Source: Amphiscolops sp. MND2022
Lineage: Eukaryota
Assembly (NCBI GenBank): GCA_964187785.1
Contig: OZ076409.1
Location: 41,666,001 to 41,730,000, forward strand
Length of the DNA stretch: 64,000 bases
Reading direction: 5' to 3'
Made by a program: the position numbers and the translations under genes
Shown: positions 36,001 through 51,000 of the stretch, piece by piece
Layout of the letters: each line of letters begins with the position of its first letter
Numbering within the stretch: position 1 is the first letter of the stretch
The notes under the pieces: generated by a model
Told to the model about the DNA's origin: nothing
Databases searched by the model: none
The model's input: the letters and a program-made list of their open reading frames with translations, nothing else

Positions 36001-39000
36001 AAAGGGGGGCCCTTTGCACTGAGTTTGCCTTGTCCAGACCTGGCCTTAGTGGTTTCAGGAGTTTCTCTAAAAAGTGGACCGATCAGAGTGAGGTCTGTGG
36101 TCTGAAGAAACAAGACGGGAACGTCTAAAGTCGGCGCTATCTATAAGGTCCAAAAAGCGCTAAGTTTTTAAAAACTGAAAAGAAAATTTTTGAGGACAAA
36201 AAACTATCATTCAGAAAAATCTGACAATGCCGAAAATTGGAAAGGGGGACCCTTTGGGTTTTTTCAATAACCATTCAGTTGCAAAAAAATATGAAAAAGA
36301 AGGGGGCCCTTTGGAGACATTAGTAAATTTTGGGAAACACGTCTCATAGTGCCGCAAGAAATCGAAAGGGGGACCATTTAGTCTCGTCCGGTTTTGTAGA
36401 TTACGTTAAAAAAGTAAAAAATGAAAGGGGGACCCTTTGGGGACATTAAAAAATTTTCGAAAAAAAGTCGCACAGTGCCGAAAAATGTAAAAAGGGGCAC
36501 TCTTTCGGATTTATTAACATACATTGTTTCAAAATACCAAAAACTCGAAGGGGGAACCTTTAGGGACATGAATAATAATTTCGAAGAAAAGTCGCACAGT
36601 GCCGAAAAAATCGAAAGGGGCCCTTTAGTCTCGTCCGGTTTTCCAGGTTACGTTAAAGTAAACACTGAAAGGGGGGCCCTTTGCACTGAGTTTGCCTTGT
36701 CCAGACCTGGCCTCAGTGGTTTCAGGAGTTTCTCTAAAAAGTGGACCGATCAGAGTGAGGTCTGTGGTCTGAAGAAACAAGACGGAAACGTCTAAAGTCG
36801 GCGCTATCTATAAGGTCCAAAACGCTAAGTTTTTAAAAACTGAAAGGAAAATTTTTGAGGACAAAAAACTATCATTCAGAAAAATCTGACAATGCCGAAA
36901 ATTGGAAAGGGGGACCCTTTGGGTTTTTTAAATAACTATTCAGTTGCAAAAAATTTTTTTAAAAAAGGGGGGCCCTTTGGAGACTTTAGTAAATTTTGGG
37001 GAAAACGTCTCATAGTGCTGAAAAAAATCGAAAGGGGGACCCTTTGGGGACATTAAAAAATATTCGAAAAAAAGTCGCACAGTGCCGAAAAGTGTAAAAA
37101 GGGCACTCTTTTGGATTTATTAACATACATTGTGTTGCAAAATATCAAAAACTCGAAGGGGGAACCTTTAGGGACATGAATAAAAATTTCGAAGAAAATT
37201 CGCACAGTGCCGAAAAAATCGAAAGGGGCCCTTTAGTCTCGTCCGGTTTTCTAGGTTACGTTAAAGGAAACACTGAAAGGGGGGCCCTTTGCACTGAGTT
37301 TGCCTTGTCCAGACCTGGCCTTAGTGGTTTCAGGAGTTTCTCTAAAAAGTGGACCGATCAGAGTGAGGTCTGTGGTCTGGAAAAACAAGACGGGAACGTC
37401 TAAAGTCGGCGCTATCTATAAGGTCCAAAAAGCGCTAAGTTTTTAAAAACTGAAAAGAAAATTTTTGAGGACAAAAAACTATCATTCAGAAAAATCTGAC
37501 AATGCCGAAAATTGGAAAGGGGGACCCTTTGGGTTTTTTCAATAACCATTCAGTTGCAAAAAAAATATAAAAAAAGAAGGGGGCCCTTTGGAGACATTAG
37601 TAAATTTTGGGAAACACGTCTCATAGTGCCGCAAAAAATCGAAAGGGGGACCATTTAGTCTCGTCCGGTTTTGTAGATTACGTTAAAAAAGTAAAAAATG
37701 AAAGGGGGACCCTTTGGGGACATTAAAAAATATTCGAAAAAAAGTCGCACAGTGCCGAAAAGTGTAAAAAGGGGCACTTTTTTGGATTTATTAACATACA
37801 TTGTGTTGCAAAATATCAAAAACTCGAAGGGGGATCCTTTAGGGACATGAATAAAAATTTCGAAGAAAATTCGCACAGTGCCGAAAAAATCGAAATGGGC
37901 CTTTTAGTCTCGTCCGGTTTTCTAGGTTACGTTAAAGTAAACACTGGAAGGGGGGCCCTTTGCACTGAGTTTGCCTTGTCCAGACCTGGCCTTAGTGGTT
38001 TCAGGAGTTTCTCTAAAAAGTGGACCGATCAGAGTGATGTCTATGGTCTGAAGAAACAAGACGGGAACGTCTAAAGTCGGCGCTATCTATAAGGTCCAAA
38101 AAGCGCTAAGTTTTTAAAAACTGAAAAGAAAATTTTTGAGGACAAAAAACTATCATTCAGAAAAATCTGACAATGCCGAAAATTGGAAAGGGGGACCCTT
38201 TGGGTTTTTTCAATAAACCTTCAGTTGCAAAAAAAATATAAAAAAAGAAGGGGGCCCTTTGGAGACATTAGTAAATTTTGGGAAACACGTCTCATAGTGC
38301 CGCAAAAAATCGAAAGGGGGACCATTTAGTCTCGTCCAGTTTAAATAACTATTCAGTTGCAAAAAATTTTTTTAAAAAAGGGGGGCCCTTTGGAGACTTT
38401 AGTAAATTTTGGGGAAAACGTCTCATAGTGCTGAAAAAAATCGAAAGGGGGACCCTTTGGGGACATTAAAAAATATTCGAAAAAAAGTCGCACAGTGCCG
38501 AAAAATGTAAAAAGGGCACTCTTTTGGATTTAATAACATACATTGTGTTGCAAAATATCAAAAACTCGAAGGGGGAACCTTTAGGGACATGAATAAAAAT
38601 TTCGAAGAAAATTCGCACAGTGCCGAAAAAATCGAAAGGGGCCCTTTAGTCTCGTCCGGTTTTCTAGGTTACGTTAAAGGAAACACTGAAAGGGGGGCCC
38701 TTTGCACTGAGTTTGCCTTGTCCAGACCTGGCCTTAGTGGTTTCAGGAGTTTCTCTAAAAAGTGGACCGATCAGAGTGAGGTCTGTGGTCTGAAGAAACA
38801 AGACGGGAACGTCTAAAGTCGGCGCTATCTATAAGGTCCAAAAAGCGCTAAGTTTTTAAAAACTGAAAAGAAAATTTTTGAGGACAAAAAACTATCATCA
38901 GAAAAATCTGACAATGCCGAAAATTGGAAAGGGGGACCCTTTGGGTTTTTTCAATAACCATTCAGTTGCAAAAAAAATATAAAAAAAGAAGGGGGCCCTT

Positions 39001-42000
39001 TGGAGACATTAGTAAATTTTGGGAAACACGTCTCATAGTGCCGCAAAAAATCGAAAGGGGGACCATTTAGTCTCGTCCGGTTTTGTAGATTACGTTAAAA
39101 AAGTAAAAAATGAAAGGGGGACCCTTTGGGGACATTAAAAAATTTTCGAAAAAAAGTCGCACAGTGCCGAAAAATGTAAAAAGGGGCACTCTTTCGGATT
39201 TATTAACATACATTGTGTTTCAAAATATCAAAAACTCGAAGGGGGAACCTTTAGGGACATGAATAAAAATTTCGAAGAAAATTCGCACAGTGCCGAAAAA
39301 ATTGAAAGGGGCCCTTTAGTCTCGTCCGGTTTTCTAGGTTACGTTATAGTAAACACTGAAAGGGGGGCCCTTTGCACTGAGTTTGCCTTGTCCAGACCTG
39401 GCCTTAGTGGTTTCAGGAGTTTCTCTAAAAAGTGGACCGATCAGAGTGATGTCTATGGTCTGAAGAAACAAGACGGGAACGTCTAAAGTCGGCGCTATCT
39501 ATAAGGTCCAAAAAGCGCTAAGTTTTTAAAAACTGAAAAGAAAATTTTTGAGGACAAAAAACTATCATTCAGAAAAATCTGACAATGCCGAAAATTGGAA
39601 AGGGGGACCCTTTGGGTTTTTTCAATAAACCTTCAGTTGCAAAAAAATATATATAAAAAAAGAAGGGGGCCCTTTGGAGACATTAGTAAATTTTGGGAAA
39701 CACGTCTCATAGTGCCGCAAAAAATCGAAAGGGAGACCATTTAGTCTCGTCCGGTTTTGTAGATTACGTTAAAAAAGTAAAAAATGAAAGGGGGACCCTT
39801 TGGGGACATTAAAAAATTTTCGAAAAAAAGTCGCACAGTGCCGAAAAATGTAAAAAGGGGCACTCTTTCGGATTTATTAACATACATTGTGTTTCAAAAT
39901 ATCAAAAACTCGAAGGGGGAACCTTTAGGGACATGAATAAAAAGTTCGAAGAAAATTCGCACAGTGCCGAAAAAATTGAAAGGGGCCCTTTAGTCTCGTT
40001 CGGTTTTCTAGGTTACGTTATAGTAAACACTGAAAGGGGGGCCCTTTGCACTGAGTTTGCCTTGTCCATACCTGGCCTTAGTGGTTTCAGGAGTTTCTCT
40101 GAAAAGTGGACCGATCAGAGTGAGGTCTGTGGTCTAAAGAAACAAGACGGGAACCTCTAAAGTCGGCGCTATCTATAAGGTCCAAAAAGCGCTAAGTTTT
40201 TAAAAACTGGAACGAAAATTTTTGAGGACAAAAAAACTATCATTCAGAAAAATCTGACAATGCCGAAATATGGAAAGGGGGACCCTTTGGGTTTTTTCAA
40301 TAACCCTTCAGTTGCAAAAAAAATATAAAAAAAGAAGGGGGCCCTTTGGAGACATTAGCAAATTTTGGGAAACACGTCTCATAGTGCCGCAAAAAATCGA
40401 AAGGGGGACCATTTAGTCTCGTCCGGTTTTGTAGATTACGTTAAAAAAGTAAAAAATGAAAGGGGGACCCTTTGGGGACATTAAAAAATTTTCGAAAAAA
40501 AGTCGCACAGTGCCGAAAAATGTAAAAAGGGGCACTCTTTCGGATTTATTAACATACATTGTTTCAAAATATCAAAAACTCGAAGGGGGAACCTTTAGGG
40601 ACATGAATAAAAATTTCGAAGAAAAGTCGCACAGTGCCGAAAAAATCGAAAGGGGCCCTTTAGTCTCGTCCGGTTTTCCAGGTTACGTTAAAGTAAACAC
40701 TGAAAGGGGGGCCCTTTGCACTGAGTTTGCCTTGTCCAGACCTGGCCTCAGTGGTTTCAGGAGTTTCTCTAAAAAGTGGACCGATCAGAGTGAGGTCTGT
40801 GGTCTGAAGAAACAAGACGGAAACGTGTAAAGTCGGCGCTATCTATAAGGTCCAAAACGCTAAGTTTTTAAAAACTGAAAGGAAAATTTTTGAGGACAAA
40901 AAACTATCATTCAGAAAAATCTGACAATGCCGAAAATTGGAAAGGGGGACCCTTTGGGTTTTTTAAATAACTATTCAGTTGCAAAAAAATTTTTTAAAAA
41001 AGGGGGGCCCTTTGGAGACTTTAGTAAATTTTGGGGAAAACGTCTCATAGTGCTGAAAAAAATCGAAAGGGGGACCCTTTGGGGACATTAAAAAATATTC
41101 GAAAAAAAGTCGCACAGTGCCGAAAAATGTAAAAAGGGGCACTCTTTTGGATTTATTAACATACATTGTGTTGCAAAATATCAAAAACTCGAAGGGGGAA
41201 CCTTTAGGGACATGAATAAAAATTTCGAAGAAAATTCGCACAGTGCCGAAAAAATCGAAATGGGCCCTTTAGTCTCGTCCGGTTTTCTAGGTTACGTTAA
41301 AGTAAACACTGAAAGGGGGCCCTTTGCACTGAGTTTGCCTTGTCCAGACCTGGCCTTAGTGGTTTCAGGAGTTTCTCTAAAAAGTGGACCGATCAGAGTG
41401 ATGTCTATGGTCTGAAGAAACAAGACGGGAACGTCTAAAGTCGGCGCTATCTATAAGGTCCAAAAAGCGCTAAGTTTTTAAAAACTGAAAAGAAAATTTT
41501 TGAGGACAAAAAACTATCATTCAGAAAAATCTGACAATGCCGAAAATTGGAAAGGGGGACCCTTTGGGTTTTTTCAATAACCCTTCAGTTGCAAAAAAAA
41601 TATAAGAAAAGAAGGGGGCCCTTTGGAGACATTAGTAAATTTTGGGAAACACGTCTCATAGTGCCGCAAAAAATCGAAAGGGGGACCATTTAGTCTCGTC
41701 CGGTTTTGTAGATTACGTTAAAAAAGTAAAAAATGAAAGGGGGACCCTTTGGGGACATTAAAAAATTTTCGAAAAAAAGTCGCATAGTGCCGAAAAATGT
41801 AAAAAGGGGCACTCTTTTGGATTTATTAACCTACATTGTGTTGCAAAATATCAAAAACTCGAAGGGGGAACCTTTAGGGACATGAATAAAAATTTCGAAG
41901 AAAATTCGCACAGTGCCGAAAAATCGAAAGGGGGCCTTTAGTCTCGTCCGGTTTTCTAGGTTACGTTAAAGTAAACACTGAAAGGGGGCCCTTTGCACTG

Positions 42001-45000
42001 AGTTTGCCTTGTCCAGACCTGGCCTTAGTGGTTTCAGGAGTTTCTCTAAAAAGTGGACCGATCAGAGTGAGGTCTGTGGTCTGAAGAAACAAGACGGGAA
42101 CGTCTAAAGTCGGCGCTATCTATAGGGTCCAAAAAGCGCTAAGTTTTTAAAAACTGAAAAGAAAATTTTTGAGGACAAAAAACTATCATTCAGAAAAATC
42201 TGACAATGCCGAAAATTGGAAAGGGGGACCCTTTGGGTTTTTTCAATAACCCTTCAGTTGCAAAAAAAATATAAAAAAAGAAGGGGGTCCTTTGGAGACA
42301 TTAGTAAATTTTGGGAAACACGTCTCATAGTGCCGCAAAAAATCGAAAGGGGGACCATTTAGTCTCGTCCGGTTTTGTAGATTACGTTAAAAAAGTAAAA
42401 AATGAAAGGGGGACCCTTTGGGGACATTAAAAAATTTTCGAAAAAAAGTCGCACAGTGCCGAAAAATGTAAAAAGGGGCACTCTTTTGGATTTATTAACA
42501 TACATTGTGTTGCAAAATATCAAAAACTCGAAGGGGGAACCTTTAGGGACATGAATAAAAATTTCGAAGAAAAGTCGCACAGTGCCGAAAAAATCGAAAG
42601 GGGCCCTTCAGTCTCGTCCGGTTTTCCAGGTTACGTTAAAGTAAACACTGAAAGGGGGGCCCTTTGCACTGAGTTTGCCTTGTCCAGACCTGGCCTCAGT
42701 GGTTTCAGGAGTTTCTCTAAAAAGTGGACCGATCAGAGTGAGGTCTGTGGTCTGAAGAAACAAGACGGAAACGTCTAAAGTCGGCGCTATCTATAAGGTC
42801 CAAAAAGCGCTAAGTTTTTAAAAACTGAAAGGAAAGTTTTTGAGGACAAAAAACTATCAGAAAAATCTGACAATGCCGAAAATTGGAAAGGGCCCTTTGG
42901 GTTTTTTAAATAACTATTCAGTTGCAAAAAATTTTTTTAAAAAAGGGGGGGCCCTTTGGAGACTTTAGTAAAATTTGGGGAAAACGTCTCATAGTGCTGA
43001 AAAAAATCGAAAGGGGGGCCATTTAGTCTCGTCCGGTTTTGTAGATTACGTTAAAAAAGTGAAAAATGAAAGGGGGACCCTTTGGGGACTTTAAAAAATA
43101 TTCGAAAAAAAGTCGCACAGTGCCGAAAAATGTAAAAAGGGGCACTCTTTTGGATTTATTAACATACATTGTGTTGCAAAATATCAAAAACTCGAAGGGG
43201 GAACCTTTAGGGACATGAATAAAAATTTCGAAGAAAATTCGCACAGTGTCGAAAAAATTGAAAGGGGCCCTTTAGTCTCGTCCGGTTTTCTAGGTTACGT
43301 TAAAGTAAACACTGAAAGGGGGGCCCTTTGCACTGAGTTTGCCTTGTCCATACCTGGCCTTAGTGGTTTCAGGAGTTTCTCTAAAAAGTGGACCGATCAG
43401 AGTGAGGTCTGTGGTCTGAAGAAACAAGACGGGAACGTCTAAAGTCGGCGCTATCTATAAGGTCCAAAAAGCGCTAAGTTTTTAAAAACTGAAAGGAAAA
43501 TTTTTGAGGACAAAAATCTATCATTCAGAAAAATCTGACAATGCCGAAAATTGGAAAGGGGGACCCTTTGGGTTTTTTAAATAACTATTCAGTTGCAAAA
43601 AATTTTTAAAAAAAAGGGGGGCCCTTTGGAGACTTTAGTAAATTTTGGGGAAAACGTCTCATAGTGCTGAAAAAAATCGAAAGGGGGGCCATTTAGTCTC
43701 GTCCCGTTTTGTAGATTACGTTAAAAAAGTAAAAAATGAAAGGGGGACCCTTTGGGGACATTAAAAATATTCGAAACAAAGTCGCACAGTGCCGAAAAAT
43801 GTAAAAAGGGGCACTCTTTTGGATTTATTAACATACATTGTGTTGCAAAACATCAAAAACTCGAAGGGGGAACCTTTAGGGACATCAATAAAAATTTCGA
43901 AGAAAATTCGCACAGTGTCGAAAAAATTGAAAGGGGCCCTTTAGTCTCGTCCGGTTTTCTAGGTTACGTTAAAGTAAACACTGAAAGGGGGGCCCTTTGC
44001 ACTGAGTTTGCCTTGTCCATACCTGGCCTTAGTGGTTTCAGGAGTTTCTCTAAAAAGTGGACCGATCAGAGTGAGGTCTGTGGTCTGAAGAAACAAGACG
44101 GGAACGTCTAAAGTCGGCGCTATCTATAAGGTCCAAAAAGCGCTAAGTTTTTAAAAACTGAAAGGAAAATTTTTGAGGACAAAAATCTATCATTCAGAAA
44201 AATCTGACAATGCCGAAAATTGGAAAGGGGGACCCTTTGGGTTTTTTAAATAACTATTCAGTTGCAAAAAATTTTTTAAAAAAGGGGGGCCCTTTGGATA
44301 CTTTAGTAAATTTTGGGGAAAACGTCTCATAGTGCTGAAAAAAATCGAAAGGGGGGCCATTTAGTCTCGTCCAGTTTTGTAGATTACGTTAAAAAAAATG
44401 AAAGGGAGACCCTTTGGGGACATTAAAAAATATTCGAAACAAAGTCGCACAGTGCCGAAAAATGTAAAAAGGGGCACTCTTTTGGATTTATTAACATACA
44501 TTGTGTTGCAAAATATCAAAAACTCGAAGGGGGAACCTTTAGAGACTTGAATAAAAATTTCGAAGAAAAGTCGCACAGTGCCGAAAAAATCGAAAGGGGC
44601 CCTTTAGTCTCGTCCGGTTTTCCAGGTTACGTTAAAGTAAACACTGAAAGGGGGGCCCTTTGCACTGAGTTTGCCTTGTCCAGACCTGGCCTCAGTGGTT
44701 TCAGGAGTTTCTCTAAAAAGTGGACCGATCAGAGTGAGGTCTGTGGTCTGAAGAAACAAGACGGAAACGTCTAAAGTCGGCGCTATCTATAAGGTCCAAA
44801 AAACGCTAAGTTTTTAAAAACTGAAAGGAAAATTTTTGAGGACAAAAAACTATCATTCAGAAAAATCTGACAATGCCGAAAATTGGAAAGGGGGACCCTT
44901 CGGATTTTTTAAATAACTATTCAGTTGCAAAAAATTTTTTCAAAAAAGGGGGGCCCTTTGGAGACTTTAGTAAATTTTGGGGAAAACGTCTCATAGTGCT

Positions 45001-48000
45001 GAAAAAAATCGAAAGGGGGGCCATTTAGTCTCGTCCAGTTTTGTAGATTACGTTAAAAAAAATGAAAGGGAGACCCTTTGGGGACATTAAAAAATATTCG
45101 AAACAAAGTCGCACAGTGCCGAAAAATGTAAAAAGGGGCACTCTTTTGGATTTATTAACATACATTGTGTTGCAAAATATCAAAAACTCGAAGGGGGAAC
45201 CTTTAGAGACTTGAATAAAAATTTCGAAGAAAAGTCGCACAGTGCCGAAAAAATCGAAAGGGGCCCTTTAGTCTCGTCCGGTTTTCCAGGTTACGTTAAA
45301 GTAAACACTGAAAGGGGGGCCCTTTGCACTGAGTTTGCCTTGTCCAGACCTGGCCTCAGTGGTTTCAGGAGTTTCCCTAAAAAGTGGACCGATCAGAGTG
45401 AGGTCTGTGGTCTGAAGAAACAAGACGGAAACGTCTAAAGTCGGCGCTATCTATAAGGTCCAAAAAACGCTAAGTTTTTAAAAACTGAAAGGAAAATTTT
45501 TGAGGACAAAAAACTATCATTCAAAAAAATCTGACAATGCCGAAAATTGGAAAGGGGGACCCTTTGGATTTTTTAAATAACTATTCAGTTGCAAAAAATT
45601 TTTTTAAAAAAGGGGGGGCCCTTTGGAGACTTTAGTAAATTTTGGGGAAAACGTCTCATAGTGCTGAAAAAAATCGAAAGGGGGGCCATTTAGTCTCGTC
45701 CGGTTTTGTAGATTACGTTAAAAAAGTAAAAAATGAAAGGGGGACCCTTTGGTGACATTAAAAAATATTCGAAACAAAGTCGCACAGTGCCGAAAAATGT
45801 AAAAAGGGGCACTCTTTTGGATTTATTAACATACATTGTGTTGCAAAATATCAAAAACTCGAAGGGGGAACCTTTAGGGACATGAATAAAATTTTCGAAG
45901 AAAATTCGCACAGTGTCGAAAAAATCGGAAGGGGCCCTTTAGTCTCGTCCGGTTTTCTAGGTTACGTTAAAGTAAACACTGAAAGGGGGGCCCTTTGCAC
46001 TGAGTTTGCCTTGTCCATACCTGGCCTTAGTGGTTTCAGGAGTTTCTCTGAAAAGTGGACCGATCAGAGTGAGGTCTGTGGTCTAAAGAAACAAGACGGG
46101 AACCTCTAAAGTCGGCGCTATCTATAAGGTCCAAAAAGCGCTAAGTTTTTAAAAACTGAAAGGAAAATTTTTGAGGACAAAAAACTATCATTCAGAAAAA
46201 TCTGACAATGCCGAAAACTGGAAAGGGGGACCCTTTGGGTTTTTTAAATAACTATTCAGTTGCAAAAAAATTTTTTAAAAAAGGGGGGGCCCTTTGGAGA
46301 CTTTAGTAAATTTTGGGGAAAACGTCTCATAGTGCTGAAAAAAAATCGAAAGGGGGGCCATTTAGTCTCGTCCGGTTTTGTAGATTACGTTAAAAAAGTA
46401 AAAAATGAAAGGGGGACCCTTTGGTGACATTAAAAAATATTCGAAACAAAGTCGCACAGTGCCGAAAAATGTAAAAAGGGGCACTCTTTTGGATTTATTA
46501 ACATACATTGTGTTGCAAAATATCAAAAACTCGAAGGGGGAACCTTTAGGGACATGAATAAAAATTTCGAAGAAAATTCGCACAGTGTCGAAAAAATCGG
46601 AAGGGGCCCTTTAGTCTCGTCCGGTTTTCTAGGTTACGTTAAAGTAAACACTGAAAGGGGGGCCCTTTGCACTGAGTTTGCCTTGTCCATACCTGGCCTT
46701 AGTGGTTTCAGGAGTTTCTCTGAAAAGTGGACCGATCAGAGTGAGGTCTGTGGTCTAAAGAAACAAGACGGGAACCTCTAAAGTCGGCGCTATCTATAAG
46801 GTCCAAAAAGCGCTAAGTTTTTAAAAACTGAAAGGAAAATTTTTGAGGACAAAAAACTATCATTCAGAAAAATCTGACAATGCCGAAAACTGGAAAGGGG
46901 GACCCTTTGGGTTTTTTAAATAACTATTCAGTTGCAAAAAATTTTTAAAAAAGGGGGGCCCTTTGGAGACTTTAGTAAATTTTGGGAAAAACGTCTCATA
47001 GTGCTGAAAAAAATCGAAAGGGGGGCCATTTAGTCTCGTCCGGTTTTGTAGATTACGTTAAAAAAGTAAAAAATGAAAGGGGGACCCTTTGGGGACATTT
47101 AAAAATATTCGAAACAAAGTCGCACAGTGCCGAAAAATGTAAAAAGGGGCACTCTTTTGGATTTATTAACATACATTGTGTTGCAAAATATCAAAAACTC
47201 GAAGGGGGAACCTTTAGGGACATCAATAAAAATTTCGAAGAAAATTCGCACAGTGTCGAAAAAATTGAAAGGGGCCCTTTAGTCTCGTCCGGTTTTCTAG
47301 GTTACGTTAAAGTAAACACTGAAAGGGGGGCCCTTTGCACTGAGTTTGCCTTGTCCATACCTGGCCTTAGTGGTTTCAGGAGTTTCTCTAAAAAGTGGAC
47401 CGATCAGAGTGAGGTCTGTGGTCTGAAGAAACAAGACGGGAACGTCTAAAGTCGGCGCTATCTATAAGGTCCAAAAAGCGCTAAGTTTTTAAAAACTGAA
47501 AGGAAAATTTTTGAGGACAAAAATCTATCATTCAGAAAAATCTGACAATGCCGAAAATTGGAAAGGGGGACCCTTTGGGTTTTTTAAATAACTATTCAGT
47601 TGCAAAAAATTTTTTAAAAAAAGGGGGGGCCCTTTGGAGACTTTAGTAAATTTTGGGGAAAACGTCTCATAGTGCTGAAAAAAATCGAAAGGGGGGCCAT
47701 TTAGTCTCGTCCGGTTTTGTAGATTACGTTAAAAAAGTAAAAAATGAAAGGGGGACCCTTTGGTGACATTAAAAAATATTCGAAACAAAGTCGCACAGTG
47801 CCGAAAAATGTAAAAAGGGGCACTCTTTTGGATTTATTAACATACATTGTGTTGCAAAATATCAAAAACTCGAAGGGGGAACCTTTACGGACATGAATAA
47901 AAATTTCGAAGAAAATTCGCACAGTGTCGAAAAAATCGGAAGGGGCCCTTTAGTCTCGTCCGGTTTTCTAGGTTACGTTAAAGTAAACACTGAAAGGGGG

Positions 48001-51000
48001 GCCCTTTGCACTGAGTTTGCCTTGTCCATACCTGGCCTTAGTGGTTTCAGGAGTTTCTCTGAAAAGTGGACCGATCAGAGTGAGGTCTGTGGTCTAAAGA
48101 AACAAGACGGGAACCTCTAAAGTCGGCGCTATCTATAAGGTCCAAAAAGCGCTAAGTTTTTAAAAACTGAAAGGAAAATTTTTGAGGACAAAAAACTATC
48201 ATTCAGAAAAATCTGACAATGCCGAAAACTGGAAAGGGGGACCCTTTGGGTTTTTTAAATAACTATTCAGTTGCAAAAAATTTTAAAAAAGGGGGGCCCT
48301 TTGGAGACTTTAGTAAATTTTGGGAAAAACGTCTCATAGTGCTGAAAAAAATCGAAAGGGGGGCCATTTAGTCTCGTCCGGTTTTGTAGATTACGTTAAA
48401 AAAGTAAAAAATGAAAGGGGGACCCTTTGGGGACATTAAAAAATTTTCGAAAAAAAGTCGCACAGTGCCGAAAAATGTAAAAAGGGGCACTCTTTTGGAT
48501 TTATTAACATACATTGTGTTGCAAAATATCAAAAACTCGAAGGGGGAACCTTTAGGGACATGAATAAAAATTTCGAAGAAAATTCGCACAGTGCCGAAAA
48601 AATCGAAAGGGGCCCTTTAGTCTCGTCCGGTTTTCTAGGTTACGTTAAAGTAAACACTGAAAGGGGGGCCCTTTGCACTTAGTTTGCCTTGTCCAGACCT
48701 GGCCTTAGTGGTTTCAGGAGTTTCTCTAAAAAGTGGACCGATCAGAGTGAGGTCTGTGGTCTGAAGAAACAAGACGGGAACGTCTAAAGTCGGCGCTATC
48801 TATAAGGTCCAAAAAGCGCTAAGTTTTTAAAAACTGAAAAGAAAATTTTTGAGGACAAAAAACTATCATTCAGAAAAATCTGACAATGCCGAAAATTGGA
48901 AAGGGGGACCCTTTGATTTTTTCAATAACCATTCAGTTGCAAAAAAAATTTTAAAAAGAAGGGGGCCCTTTGGAGATATTAGTGAATTTTGAGAAAAACG
49001 TCTCATAGTGCCGCAAAAAATCGAAAGGGGGACCATTTAGTCTCGTCCGGTTTTGTAGATTACGTTAAAAAAGTAAAAAATGAAAGGGGGACCCTTTGGG
49101 GACATTAAAAAATTTTCGAAAAAAAAGTCGCACAGTGCCGAAAAATGTAAAAAGGGGCACTCTTTTGGATTTATTAACATACATTGTGTTGCAAAATATC
49201 AAAAACTCGAAGGGGGAACCTTTAGGGACATGAATAAAAATTTCGAAGAAAATTCGCACAGTGCCGAAAAAATCGAAAGGGGCCCTTTAGTCTCGTCCGG
49301 TTTTCTAGGTTACGTTAAAGTAAACACTGAAAGGGGGGCCCTTTGCACTGAGTTTGCCTTGTCCAGACCTGGCCTTAGTGGTTTCAGGAGTTTCTCTAAA
49401 AAGTGGACCGATCAGAGTGAGGTCTGTGGTCTGAAGAAACAAGACGGGAACGTCTAAAGTCGGCGCTATCTATAAGGTCCAAAAAGCGCTAAGTTTTTAA
49501 AAACTGAAAGGAAAATTTTTGAGGACAAAAAACTATCATTCAGAAAAATCTGACAATGCCGAAAACTGGAAAGGGGGACCCTTTGGGTTTTTTAAATAAC
49601 TATTCAGTTGCAAAAAATTTAAAAAAGGGGGGCCCTTTGGAGACTTTAGTAAATTTTGGGAAAAACGTCTCATAGTGCTGAAAAAAATCGAAAGGGGGGC
49701 CATTTAGTCTCGTCCGGTTTTGTAGATTACGTTAAAAAAGTAAAAAATGAAAGGGGGACCCTTTGGGGACATTAAAAAATTTTCGAAAAAAAGTCGCACA
49801 GTGCCGAAAAATGTAAAAAGGGGCACTCTTTTGGATTTATTAACATACATTGTGTTGCAAAATATCAAAAACTCGAAGGGGGAACCTTTAGGGACATGAA
49901 TAAAAATTTCGAAGAAAATTCGCACAGTGCCGAAAAAATCGAAAGGGGCCCTTTAGTCTCGTCCGGTTTTCTAGGTTACGTTAAAGTAAACACTGAAAGG
50001 GGGGCCCTTTGCACTGAGTTTGCCTTGTCCAGACCTGGCCTTAGTGGTTTCAGGAGTTTCTCTAAAAAGTGGACCGATCAGAGTGAGGTCTGTGGTCTGA
50101 AGAAACAAGACGGGAACGTCTAAAGTCGGCGCTATCTATAAGGTCCAAAAAGCGCTAAGTTTTTAAAAACTGAAAAGAAAATTTTTGAGGACAAAAAACT
50201 ATCATTCAGAAAAATCTGACAATGCCGAAAATTGGAAAGGGGGACCCTTTGATTTTTTCAATAACCATTCAGTTGCAAAAAAAAATTTTAAAAAGAAGGG
50301 GGCCCTTTGGAGATATTAGTGAATTTTGAGAAAAACGTCTCATAGTGCCGCAAAAAATCGAAAGGGGGACCATTTAGTCTCGTCCGGTTTTGTAGATTAC
50401 GTTAAAAAAGTAAAAAATGAAAGGGGGACCCTTTGGGGACATTAAAAAATTTTCGAAAAAAAAGTCGCACAGTGCCGAAAAATGTAAAAAGGGGCACTCT
50501 TTTGGATTTATTAACATACATTGTGTTGCAAAATATCAAAAACTAGAAGGGGGAACCTTTAGGGACATGAATAAAAATTTCGAAGAAAATTCGCACAGTG
50601 CCGAAAAAATCGAAAGGGGCCCTTTAGTCTCGTCCGGTTTTCTAGGTTACGTTAAAGTAAACACTGAAAGGGGGGCCCTTTGCACTGAGTTTGCCTTGTC
50701 CAGACCTGGCCTTAGTGGTTTCAGGAGTTTCTCTAAAAAGTGGACCGATCAGAGTGAGGTCTGTGGTCTGAAGAAACAAGACGGGAACGTCTAAAGTCGG
50801 CGCTATCTATAAGGTCCAAAAAGCGCTAAGTTTTTAAAAACTGAAAGGAAAATTTTTGAGGACAAAAAACTATCATTCAGAAAAATCTGACAATGCCGAA
50901 AACTGGAAAGCGGGACCCTTTGGGTTTTTTAAATAACTATTCAGTTGCAAAAAATTTAAAAAAGGGGGGCCCTTTGGAGATATTAGTGAATTTTGAGAAA

